Source: a virus (Duplodnaviria; Heunggongvirae; Uroviricota; Caudoviricetes). Taken from it: a stretch of DNA of 64,000 nucleotides. The stretch lies in IMG/VR virus record IMGVR_UViG_2802429331_000003, positions 1-64,000 of that record; one strand, written 5' to 3'. Shown here piece after piece: positions 54,658 through 64,000 of the stretch. Each line of letters begins with the position of its first letter. Position 1 is the first letter of the stretch. A program made the translations under genes and the position numbers. Under the pieces are notes generated by a model. It had not been told where the DNA came from and searched no databases. It was given only the letters and a program-made list of their open reading frames with translations.

Positions 54658-56157
54658 CTCGCCAATCGCTGTGGCCGCCATCCATTCCGGGTGGCGGCCT
54701 TTCCTATGCCCAAGGAGGGCTGATGCTTTCGCTCGACAAACCCACCCGCACCCTGGCCGCGCCGCGAGATGCGCTGGCGGCCTATCAGGTTGAGGCCCGC
54801 CTGCGCGCCCCGGGCCTGGCCGTCCCGATCGTGTCCGGCTTGCTGGCCAACAACGCAAATGCGCTGGCGTTCGCCATCGAGTACCGGCGCTGAACGGGTG
54901 AGCGGAGCTACCGGCCCGCCCGGTAGTTCCCCCGACTCTTCAGCCACTCATTCGTAATTCGTTTCATCGGGAGGAAGTCATGGAAGTGGAGTTGGAATGG
55001 CGTGTCATTTCGAAATGGATGGACGTCGCCATCCAGGCCGCCGAGACGGAGGGATGGCACGTCTGGCAGGGGCCTGATGCCAGCTGGCGGTTTCGGCGTG
55101 AGGGCGTCTATGAGCAGTTTCCGGCGACGCCGGAGACGATGGACCAGCTCAAGTACTTCCTGTTCAAGGTGCAGCGGGTGCTTGGGGTTGATTTGCAGAA
55201 GGGTATGGCGTGAGGCAGTCTGGAATCTTCGGATCATCCCCGGTGTTTTTGCCCGGGGATATCTCTTCGGCGGACGTGGGAGGTTGGATCATGCCGGGCT
55301 GGTCACTCGAGGTGCAGGCCGATACGGGAGCGTTGACCGAGCAGCAGCAGTCACGGCTGATGCACGGGTTCGGTCGCTGGGTGATGTTGTCCCACAACAC
55401 CGCAACTGGCCGCACATCGTTCGGTGTGCCAGTGGAGGATGCGCCGCTGCGGGAGGCGATCACCGAGACTCTCGATACCGCTGAGAACGTGCTGCGGTCG
55501 GTGCTGGCGGACGCGCGCCTGGTGGGTGTGCAGGTCATCTCCGCAGAGGATCGCGACGCCGAGCTGGCTGCCGCCGGAATCTTCATCGACTAACGACAAA
55601 CCAAATCTCCAGGGCCCCGGGCGATCTGCTCGGGGCCTTTTTCGTGCCCGGAAACGGGCGGACAGGCTGGAAGAACATGACGTACACGGTCGAAATGTGG
55701 GGCGCGTATGGCGGCCACTTGGAGTCGGGTCTCAAGGGTAGCGAACGCATGTGCGGCCAGCTGGTCGAGCAGGTGATGAATGATCTGCTGCGCGACGGGT
55801 GGGCCATGGAGGTCATAACGAGCGACATCCTTGGCGGTCTCGCAACGGCTTTCACAATGCGCCACCCGGTTACCGGCCAGGAGATCGGCGGCTTGCGCAC
55901 CGTGGCGGTGGCCCGATGAAAAAAGCCACACCCAAGCGTATGCCTGTCGTCGGTGACGTCTACCGCGACAAGCGGGAGGACAACTTCCGCACCCTGCGAG
56001 TCGTCAAGGACCTCGGCGATGGCCGTTTCGAGTGCCTGGTCATCGAACAGACCTACCGAGGCATAACCAAGTACCCGAACCGCACCACGACGCCGAGCGT
56101 CAAGCACCTCACGACCATGTTTGTCCTGATCAGCGAAGGCAAGGAGGCGACGGTCTG

Positions 56158-56721
56158 ATGCCGGTGTACGTGTGGCTGCGGCCGGAGTTTGAGGGCCGCG
56201 AATCCGAGCTGATGTTGCTGGCTGATGTGGCCAAGGAGTTGGGGGTGAGCCCGCAGGCGGTGACGAACTGGCGTCGGCGGCATCCTCGGCAGTTCCCGCC
56301 CACGGTTGCGATGGTGGGCCGCCTGGTCTACGTGGCACGGGCCGAGGTGATCGACTTCGCGGCCAGCCGAGGACTGCCGCAGCCCGACGTCGTCCCACCG
56401 CAGAATCCTTCGACGGTTTGGCATCGGCCTGAGTTCATGGATCGGCCGCACCTACTGGTGAACTTGGCGGAGGTCGCCGCGCAGTTCGGTGTCTCTCGCC
56501 AGGCGGTGTCGTGGTGGCGCCAGCGCGGTGACGACTTCCCCGCGGCGGTGTTCGAGAGCGCGCGGCAGGTGCTGGTTGTCCGCACTGAAATCGAAGACTG
56601 GGTTCGGGCGCGCAACCTGGCCCGCGCCGAGCGCGCTCACGCACGACGAGTGCAGGCCAGTCGTGAGCGTGCACGTCGGCGACTCAGTGACGCCGTGCTC
56701 ACGCCCGGCACCGCCGCCTGA
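56158..56721 (+). CDS. Tandem excisionase/MerR-like winged-HTH DNA-binding protein (187 aa).
   Basis: Two repeats: LLADVAKELGVSPQAVTNWRRRHPRQFPP...YVARAEVIDFAASR and LVNLAEVAAQFGVSRQAVSWWRQRGDDFPAAV...VVRTEIEDWVRAR. Confidence 0.55.
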   Translation: MPVYVWLRPEFEGRESELMLLADVAKELGVSPQAVTNWRRRHPRQFPPTVAMVGRLVYVARAEVIDFAASRGLPQPDVVPPQNPSTVWHRPEFMDRPHLLVNLAEVAAQFGVSRQAVSWWRQRGDDFPAAVFESARQVLVVRTEIEDWVRARNLARAERAHARRVQASRERARRRLSDAVLTPGTAA

Positions 56722-57283
56722 AAGTCCCAACAGATTCAGGCCCCCGACGCGGGTGCCGTCGGGGGCTTTCTCACGCCCTTCACCGGGGCGCATCAACCAT
56801 CCAGGGAGACAACCGAAATGAAGACGATGACCGCGTTCGCCGCCGGTGCGCAGCGAACGCGCGCCGAGGTGGCGCTGTTCGAAGAATGCGGCCTGCCGAT
56901 CTCGCCATCGGTCGCGCGAGCCATAGCTCAGCACTGGGCAACCGCGTCCTCAGATCTGCTGCCCATGGCCATGGGCATGCCGTTCGAGCCGGAATCGGCA
57001 CTCGCCGACGTCGAAGCACGCATGAATCTGTCGGGTTACCGGGCTGGTGAACTGTCCGCTCTGGCGGCGTGGCTGCGGAGCAAGGTCCGGGTTGCCGGTG
57101 GCGCGAAGCGTGAGGCACTGGCTGCGAAGACCGTTGGGTGCGCCGCCGGCCTCGACCTGTTCAGCGTCCGGGATGAGGTCATCTCCATGAGGTAGGTATC
57201 GGATTTGAAGTTCGCCCCCATTCGTGGGGGTGTTTTTGAACCCCGATCTTTACACCGTAAAAGAACGAGCAGAAAGATATTCG

Positions 57284-58111
57284 ATGAAGGTTCTCGAACT
57301 GCTGGATTCCGACCAGATCCACGAAGCTCGGCAGTGGATCTACGACCACACCGAGCATGTCGGCTGGGATTGGACCGGCACCGAAGTCACCACCTACTTG
57401 GATGAGAACTACCGAGGTGGGACGAATGCCTTCGACGCCTCGGTCCGGGGGCAAATGGCACGGGCCTACGGAAAGGACTGGCACAGCGGGTGCGACCACT
57501 TCGCCACCTTCTACAAGGCGTCCTGGCGCTCAAATGGCAAAGACCTGCTGCTGATCAATGCCACCCGCTCCAAGGACTGCTATGGCTACGACGACGCCAT
57601 CGGCATCGCGAACACCCGCGTCCTGCACCGGCAGTGGGGAACTGCCGCAGGGCTTTCCGACGGTCCGTACGCCGATTGCGATTACCTCGCACTGGATCTC
57701 GATTCACTGGCGCCCGAAGACCTGACCGATGTCCTCGACTCCCTTGAGGGCTACCCGTGCCTCGACGAGGAGGAATGGTCAGCCGTCGAACAGGAGCAGA
57801 TCCAGGAGCACTGGGACGACTACGGCCGCTGGGATCTGCACAAGGCGGTCCGCGAAGCCATCGGAGCGTGGGAACTCACCGAGGCCGGCGAGGCACTCAT
57901 CGACGAACTCGCCTGGGGCGGATACATCGACTACGGCCACGGCGGCGGCTACCCCAACATGATCGACCCGTCAGCCTGCGACTTCGGCGAGAAGGTCATC
58001 CCCGAATGGATCGCCACCCGCCTGGGCACAGTCGTCACCCTTGCCCGCTGGCGCGGCGACGAGCTGGTGCTGGATCTCCGCCACCGCAACCTCATCGCTG
58101 AATCCGCGTGA
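57284..58111 (+). CDS. Hypothetical protein (275 aa), acidic, Trp-rich.
   Basis: Internal start MKVLELLDSDQIHE. Confidence 0.45.
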   Translation: MKVLELLDSDQIHEARQWIYDHTEHVGWDWTGTEVTTYLDENYRGGTNAFDASVRGQMARAYGKDWHSGCDHFATFYKASWRSNGKDLLLINATRSKDCYGYDDAIGIANTRVLHRQWGTAAGLSDGPYADCDYLALDLDSLAPEDLTDVLDSLEGYPCLDEEEWSAVEQEQIQEHWDDYGRWDLHKAVREAIGAWELTEAGEALIDELAWGGYIDYGHGGGYPNMIDPSACDFGEKVIPEWIATRLGTVVTLARWRGDELVLDLRHRNLIAESA

Positions 58112-58464
58112 TGCCCGACGACAGCTGGATCGAGGAGCTGCGGGCCGCGATCGAATCCGAGAATCCCGGCGTCTCGCTGTGGATTCACGCAGCCGACACC
58201 TACCTGATCCCGGCCCGCCTCATCGTCCCTGAAGGCGAACGCAACCGCGGAATCGGCACCGCGATCATGCACCGCATCCTGGCCGAGGCTGACCGACGGG
58301 GCGTGCCGACCGCGCTGACCCCCAGCAACGCATACGGCGGGGCGGTGACGCGGCTTCGCCCCTTCTACCGCCGATTCGGATTCGTCCCCAACCGTGGCCG
58401 GGCGCGCGACTTCGCCACCGCTGAGGCGATGGTCCGCGCCCCCAAACCCGAAGGAATCAAATGA
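58108..58464 (+). CDS. Small GNAT-like acetyltransferase (118 aa).
   Basis: RNRGIGTAIMHRILAEADRRGVPTALTPSNAYGGAVTRLRPFYRRFGF (GNAT motif A and B-like). Confidence 0.5.
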   Translation: MMPDDSWIEELRAAIESENPGVSLWIHAADTYLIPARLIVPEGERNRGIGTAIMHRILAEADRRGVPTALTPSNAYGGAVTRLRPFYRRFGFVPNRGRARDFATAEAMVRAPKPEGIK

Positions 58465-59676
58465 CACCCATCGAACGCCTGGACCTGGGCGTCATCGACG
58501 GATTCCGGATTCACGCCCGGATGTACGGCGACGAGGACGAGAGCCCCGAGCGCAAGTACGACCCGATCCTGTGCGACCCCGAGCTGATGGCGGGCTGGTG
58601 CGCCGACGAGTGGTGCTTCGTCGGCGTACAGGTGACCGCAAGCCGCGCCGGTGTGGAGCTGGGCGAGGCGTCGGTGTGGAGCCTCGAATACGGCTGGTAC
58701 AACGGCCGATACCACAATCCGCTCACCGATTCCCCAGCCACGCATGAGGACTGGGTGTACGGGAACGGTCCGAGCCTCATTCATCAGGCCATCGCGGATG
58801 CATTCGAAACCATGGCTGCGATCCGAAAGCCTGCGCGTCTTCAGGGGGTGTAAATGCCTCCCTTCATGTCCATGTCTGCTGGTTATTCTCGCTCGGCAAC
58901 GTAGAGCGAAATGCCTTACCGGCAACAACATTTACAAGAAACAAAATGAAAGAAACACCACGAATGCGGACGATCTACACCTACGACTATCTCGCCTACG
59001 TGCTACAGACCGGCAACTTCCGCAAGGGCTGGAACGGCGAAGTCCCCTCCATTTACGAATGCGTCGAGAACTTCCAGCACGAACCCGTCTTCGTCTAACC
59101 GCCAGCAGCTGAGGAGAAGCCGATGACCACCACTCACGACGACGTCACCTACGCCGACCGCGTCGAAGCCGCGCACCTCGGTCAGGTAGCAATCCTGGCC
59201 AGCGCCAGCGCAGGCGGCCACCAGCGCGCGATCGAAGAACTCGACAACACCGACGAGTTCCAAACTCTCGCATCGGATGTCATCGCCAACGTCCTAATGA
59301 CCGCATACTCCCGCGGCGAGGACACTGACGCCATCCTCGCGCACGCCCTCTACCACTTCCAAGGCGAGAGGCTCCCCGAGGCGGTCGAGAACGTCGCCAT
59401 CGAGGCACGCGACGAAGGCGAGTTCGACATCTGCGACTGCGGCTGCGGATTCGTGGCCGAGGAAACCTACATCACCAACGTCAACGGCGGCCTAGACATC
59501 CTCGTCTCGAAGATCGGCGGCGGGATCACCGGTCAGGCGTACCACGGCGAATGGACCTATCACGTCACCCGATGGGGCAAGCCGCTCACCCGCCCGAGCA
59601 AGTTCACCAGCCGGGCTCCGATGACCCACCGCGACGTCGCATACGCCGTCGCCGAGTACTTCACGGAAGGCTGACC

Positions 59677-60258
59677 ATGGACTACGGCGACACCTTCCAC
59701 ATGCGAGCCCACCGGATCGCCGGTTACCTCGGCGACGAATGGTTCGGTGCACCAGGCAACCTCATCGACGGCAGCGACGCCCGCATCACCCGGGATGACG
59801 GTGCGCAGATGTGGACTCGTCTGATCCAGCGTGGCGCGGGCCGAAACCGGCAGACCCGCATTCTGATCTCTCCGACATTCGGAGACAGCGCGCATTTCGT
59901 TCCCAACCTCGACGCCGGCCGTACCGAAATCACTATCGGCACAGCCCGGTCCGACGAGCAGATCGCCCGCGACATCCGCAAACGCTTCCTGCCTGCCTAC
60001 CTCCAGTCCTACGAGGCGGCGCACGCCAAGCAGCTCGCTTGGGAGCTGGAGCTAGCGAACCGGCAGGAGTTTGCCCAACGGCTCGGCGCGATCATCGACG
60101 CCCACAAACCAGGCCACACCAGCTACTGGCTCTTCGGTGAGACACCGCACCGAGGCCAGTTCCGTATCAACGGCGCCACGGTCGAAATGCAGTTCGAGCT
60201 TCCCCACGACGAAGCCGAGCACCTGCTGCGTTTCGCGGCCGACCTCACCACCGCCTAA
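59677..60258 (+). CDS. Hypothetical protein (193 aa).
   Basis: Internal ATG of ORF 59551..60258. Confidence 0.4.
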   Translation: MDYGDTFHMRAHRIAGYLGDEWFGAPGNLIDGSDARITRDDGAQMWTRLIQRGAGRNRQTRILISPTFGDSAHFVPNLDAGRTEITIGTARSDEQIARDIRKRFLPAYLQSYEAAHAKQLAWELELANRQEFAQRLGAIIDAHKPGHTSYWLFGETPHRGQFRINGATVEMQFELPHDEAEHLLRFAADLTTA

Positions 60259-62460
60259 ACCACCGCCCCAGGGAGAAGTCATGAGCAGCAACGTAATCGA
60301 ACACAATCGTCAGGCCGCCGCGCGAGCACTGACCACCATCAATGGTCATCGCTGGACCGTCTTCGCGCCGATCCGCAATCCGATCGTCGAGGACGCGGGC
60401 GAACTGCGCGAGTACATGGAGGACCTCGTCCGCGACGTCCTCCACCTCGCCCGCCTCAACGACATTCCGTTCCTGGACGTCGTGCAGGATGCCACCGAGA
60501 GCCACGACCAGGACTGGGCCGCCGAGATTAACGAAGCCACGGAGGCCGTGCGGTGGCAGATCTGAAGCTGTTCACCATCAACGTTTCCGGTGCCGAACGG
60601 CACGACGGCGAGAAGCCATACACGTACGCAATGAGGGCAGAGTCGATGAAGACCGCCAAACGGCTGGCCTGGCTGTACCACCTCTGGCTAAACGAATCCG
60701 AGGAAGGCACGGTCGCAGCCGACGGCACCGTCCCCGGTGCGCCGGAGGCGGAGAACCGCCTCACCCGCAGCGACTCTCACGCCGACGTCGTGGTCATCGA
60801 CTGCGAAGAGTTCCCTTGCCATGAGGGAGCGCCATTCGAATGTGGCGATCCCGCCCATTACGAGTGGGGCGCGAAGTCGGACGGTAGCTGCCGGTGCGAC
60901 TACTACTGGTTCCGGCTTTCTCCTGGCCGCACGAAATGGCCCGTACATCCCCTGAAGAACGAGGCGCGGCTCCGCGAACTCGGTTACAAGATCCAGCGCA
61001 AGACCCCCGAGGAGACCACGTGGTGACGACCAAGACCATGCAGGTAACCGTGAAGGCCACCGCCGAGATCGAGGAGATCTGGACCGTGAAGGTCCCGGCG
61101 GACTGGGATGGGGATCCCGAGGAACTGCTCGAACTCCTCGGCAAAGGCAAGAACTTCGAGTTCATTTCCGACCGGGTTGTTGGCGACGAACGGAATCGCG
61201 AAGTCATTGGTATCGAGGCGATCTCGACGGAGGCGGAGGAGTGAGCGCCACCCGCCGCAGGCGCGAGCAGCTGATGGATTTCGTTGTCCTGCACGGCTCC
61301 GACCTACTCTCCGCACTGGATCGCCTCGCCGACTACTACGACGAGGAAGCCCACATCAACGGCCCCCTCGATGACTGCGACGACAACTGCGCCCAGTGCG
61401 ACGACGTCATCCAAGCCGACTCGTTCCGACAGGTCCGAGCCGAGCTGAAGCAGCTCCTCGACCGCGTGTAGCGGTCACCCCAATCAATCCACCCGCCAGG
61501 CCGCGAGCTTCATGCTCGCGGCCTGCTCAAACATGGGAAAAGCCAAGTGACACAACGCAATGACATCGTGCCCATCGGATCGGCCTCCCGCGCCGTGTGG
61601 GACGAAGCAGACGAACTCATGGTCCGCGCGTGGGTAGTGGAGTTCGAGCAGGGCCGGAACGAGCCCGAATGGTGCCATGACTGCGGCGCTCTCGATGGCG
61701 ATCTGCTCGAGTATGCCGACGGCATAGTCCACCGATTCGCCGGAGTTGGCCTGGCGGGCAACCTGATCCTCGCTCCGTGCGTAGACAGCGTGCCTGTGGA
61801 CGGCACATTCGAGCTGATCGGAAACGGCCAACTCGTCTACGTGGGTAGGGCATACGACGGTGACGCCGCGGTGACGCTCGAACCCGTCGATGCAGGCCAG
61901 CATTCGCTGGCTGCTGCGTGGGCGCACCATCACGACGACGAGTCGGCACCGAGGGTGATGTTCACGATGCCCGTTCGCCGATGGAAAGTGAGCGTGCCAG
62001 CACCGACAGCTTTCGACCTGTTCGATTACAGCGGCTGGTGAGGCGCGAATGACCTTCTTCAACGACGGCAGCCCGGTGCACAACTACGACCCGTTCTACG
62101 ACCTGCGCGGGACCAACACCGTGCAGGTCACGGTTCACCATCCGCTCCGGCCGCACATCACCCCGGCGCTGTCGGACGTATTGGACTGGGTGGACCTCCG
62201 CGAGACCGAGGACATAGATGTCCTGGCCATGGACGCGGTCTGCACGCTGTGCAGCACGGTGGTCTACCAGCACGAGGACGGCGACAGCCTCGGCACCCTG
62301 GCCCGGCACGCCCTGGACCACATGCACACCTGCTCAGGCTGGGACGCCCACTCCAAGTGGCCGCGCCCGTCCGACGACAACGTCATCGCCTGACCCTTCG
62401 CTTTCACCTGGCGGATACCGGCCGCCAATTCCTCACCACCCAAACACCAAGGGAGAAACC

Positions 62461-63561
62461 ATGTCTCGCGAAACCATGGAATGGCTGAACACCAACATCT
62501 TGGTCGGAATGACCGAGAAGCGCGGAAACGCCTGGCACTACAAGGCGACCATGCAGGGCGAGGAGCCCAATCACTACCCCGGCTTCATCCCGGTGGACGA
62601 CATCATCCGTCGCCTGTTCAACTTCGAAGCCAAGTCCGGCGTCAGCGCGTTCGCCGAACCGAGCACGCTCACCGGCGAGTGGAACTGGATCGGCCCGGAC
62701 GGGCAGCCGTACATGATCCACCTGACCCAGACCGGTCGCCAGACGATCTACCACTCCGAAACCAAGTACGACTTCGGTGTTTTCAAGGCAGGCTACGAGC
62801 CGCATCAGTACCAGGAATGGCTTCTGGCCAAGGTCGCGCAGCTCATCACCGCAGACGGCCTCGCAGCCAGTACCGACTCGCTTGGCGTCACGTCGGCCGG
62901 CCTGCTGCGTGAGTCAGCGCAGGCGTGGGTGCAGATCGAACGCCCGGACACGGTGAAGACCGCTGAAGGCGTGGACTTCCGGCCGAACCTACTCGCCTGG
63001 ACCTCCCACGACGGCTCCCTAGCCACCCAGTATTCGGCGACACACACGCTGGTGGTGTGCGACAACACCCGGTTCGCCGCCGAGGCCGAAGCGCGGGCAT
63101 CGGGGCTGCGGTTCAAGACCAAGCACTCGAAGAACTCGAAGCTGAAGATCACCGAGGCCCGCGATGCGTTGAAGCTGATCATCGACAGCGCCGACGACTT
63201 CGCCGACGAGATCCGTGAGCTGTGCAGGATCTCGGTCAGCACCCGCCAGTTCAACGACTTCCTGGGCGAGTGGGCTCCGATGCCCGAGAAGGAAGGCGCA
63301 GCCAAGACCCGCGTGGTCAACAAGCGCGAGAAGTTGACCGACCTGTACCGGCACGACAACCGCGTGGAGCCCTGGGCGGGAACGGCTTTCGGTGTGTTGC
63401 AGGCAGTCAACACCTACAACCACCACTTCGCGTCCATCGGCAACAGCAAGGTCTCGCGCGCCGACCGGAACATGGCCAACGCCATCGAGGGCGACACCGC
63501 CAAGAAGGACGAAATCGCCCGCAAGGACCTCATGCGCGTCCTCGAACTTCAGCCGGCCTGA
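62461..63561 (+). CDS. DUF932-like phage/plasmid-associated protein (366 aa).
   Basis: Size and composition match the DUF932 family (TIGR03299-like) that is common in actinophage and ICE early regions. Call is from memory of the family, not a search. Confidence 0.45.
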   Translation: MSRETMEWLNTNILVGMTEKRGNAWHYKATMQGEEPNHYPGFIPVDDIIRRLFNFEAKSGVSAFAEPSTLTGEWNWIGPDGQPYMIHLTQTGRQTIYHSETKYDFGVFKAGYEPHQYQEWLLAKVAQLITADGLAASTDSLGVTSAGLLRESAQAWVQIERPDTVKTAEGVDFRPNLLAWTSHDGSLATQYSATHTLVVCDNTRFAAEAEARASGLRFKTKHSKNSKLKITEARDALKLIIDSADDFADEIRELCRISVSTRQFNDFLGEWAPMPEKEGAAKTRVVNKREKLTDLYRHDNRVEPWAGTAFGVLQAVNTYNHHFASIGNSKVSRADRNMANAIEGDTAKKDEIARKDLMRVLELQPA

Positions 63562-64000
63562 CCACCCCAACAACGCAGGAGGAGCCCCATGCCCAAGCAG
63601 TTCATCGAATACACCTGGACCCGAACTTCAACCGAGCAGTTCACCTACAAGCAGCCGCTGGAAGAGTTCATCGACCAGTACAAGGAAGAGCTGGGCGGCG
63701 ACGACCCGGAAGCGCTGAGTCCCAACGAGATCGCCGAAATCCTCTCGGACAACCTCAGTGACCTCGAAGAGGACTCCTACCTCGTCGAGCGCGATAGCGA
63801 CGTCGATTTCGTGTCGCACAAGTTCCTCTAACGCGCCCGCCGTTTGAGTCGGGCACGCATCGCCACCGCGGTGCGTGCCCGGTCCTGACCACTGGCGCGC
63901 TCGTCCGAGCACCCATCGAAACCCATTCCCCACCAAGGAGGTACAGCCATGTCCGCAGCCGCCACCCCAGTCGAGGAAGTTGTCATCCGTTGGTCGACCA

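Larger units (their letters stand above)
54980..62393 (+). other. Block of about 15 tightly packed, mostly overlapping small + strand ORFs (phage early-region-like).
   Basis: ORFs at 54980-55213, 55210-55593, 55677-55919, 55916-56158, 56818-57195, 58461-58853, 59123-59674, 60281-60565, 60553-61026, 61023-61244, 61241-61471, 61547-62041 and 62049-62393; many 1-4 nt start/stop overlaps. Confidence 0.5.

Noticed and set aside
1-64000. CRISPR arrays, rRNA genes, IS elements/transposases.
   Set aside because: No regularly spaced short direct repeats. No transposase-like ORFs (the resolvase-like proteins lack a catalytic Ser and DNA-binding domain). No rRNA-like conserved stretches were recognised.

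Overview
High-GC (about 65-67%) actinobacterial DNA, Mycobacterium/Gordonia/Rhodococcus-like. Almost the whole window looks like a temperate siphovirus genome or prophage plus accessory cargo.

Layout:
- 1-1326 (+): tyrosine integrase, followed by a hairpin-rich attP-like/terminator region and a small immunity-type module (membrane protein, XRE HTH).
- about 2.8-37.8 kb: one contiguous leftward (minus-strand) late operon. Order: HNH endonuclease, tRNA-Trp(CCA), P27-type small terminase, large terminase, portal, MuF-like head morphogenesis protein, scaffold, major capsid, head-tail connector set, an Endonuclease-VII-like gene, major tail protein, tail-assembly chaperones with a -1 frameshift, a giant 2852-aa tape measure protein, Dit-like and minor-tail proteins, LysA endolysin with holin-like proteins, further minor-tail proteins, then ThyX, an SPFH/band-7 membrane protein and small unknown ORFs.
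- 38.4-39.4 kb: ORF-free, hairpin-rich region.
- 39.4-50.9 kb: accessory cluster. Tandem-HTH regulator, NUDIX, two paralogous HTH+TPR regulators, two paralogous degenerate resolvase-like proteins co-transcribed with an aldo-keto reductase, an EEP nuclease/phosphatase and a B12-binding radical SAM enzyme, a convergent minimal nucleotidyltransferase, then NUDIX and GNAT.
- 50.9-52.4 kb: a roughly 570-bp unit carrying a dUTPase gene, present as an inverted triplication (-,+,-) with palindromic junctions.
- 52.8-64 kb: rightward, tightly packed, translationally coupled small ORFs typical of a phage early region (tandem excisionase-like HTH, mini-GNAT, DUF932-like protein).

No CRISPR arrays, rRNA or IS elements were recognised. 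Coordinates of internal start codons are my re-calls from the ORF track and may be off by a few nt.
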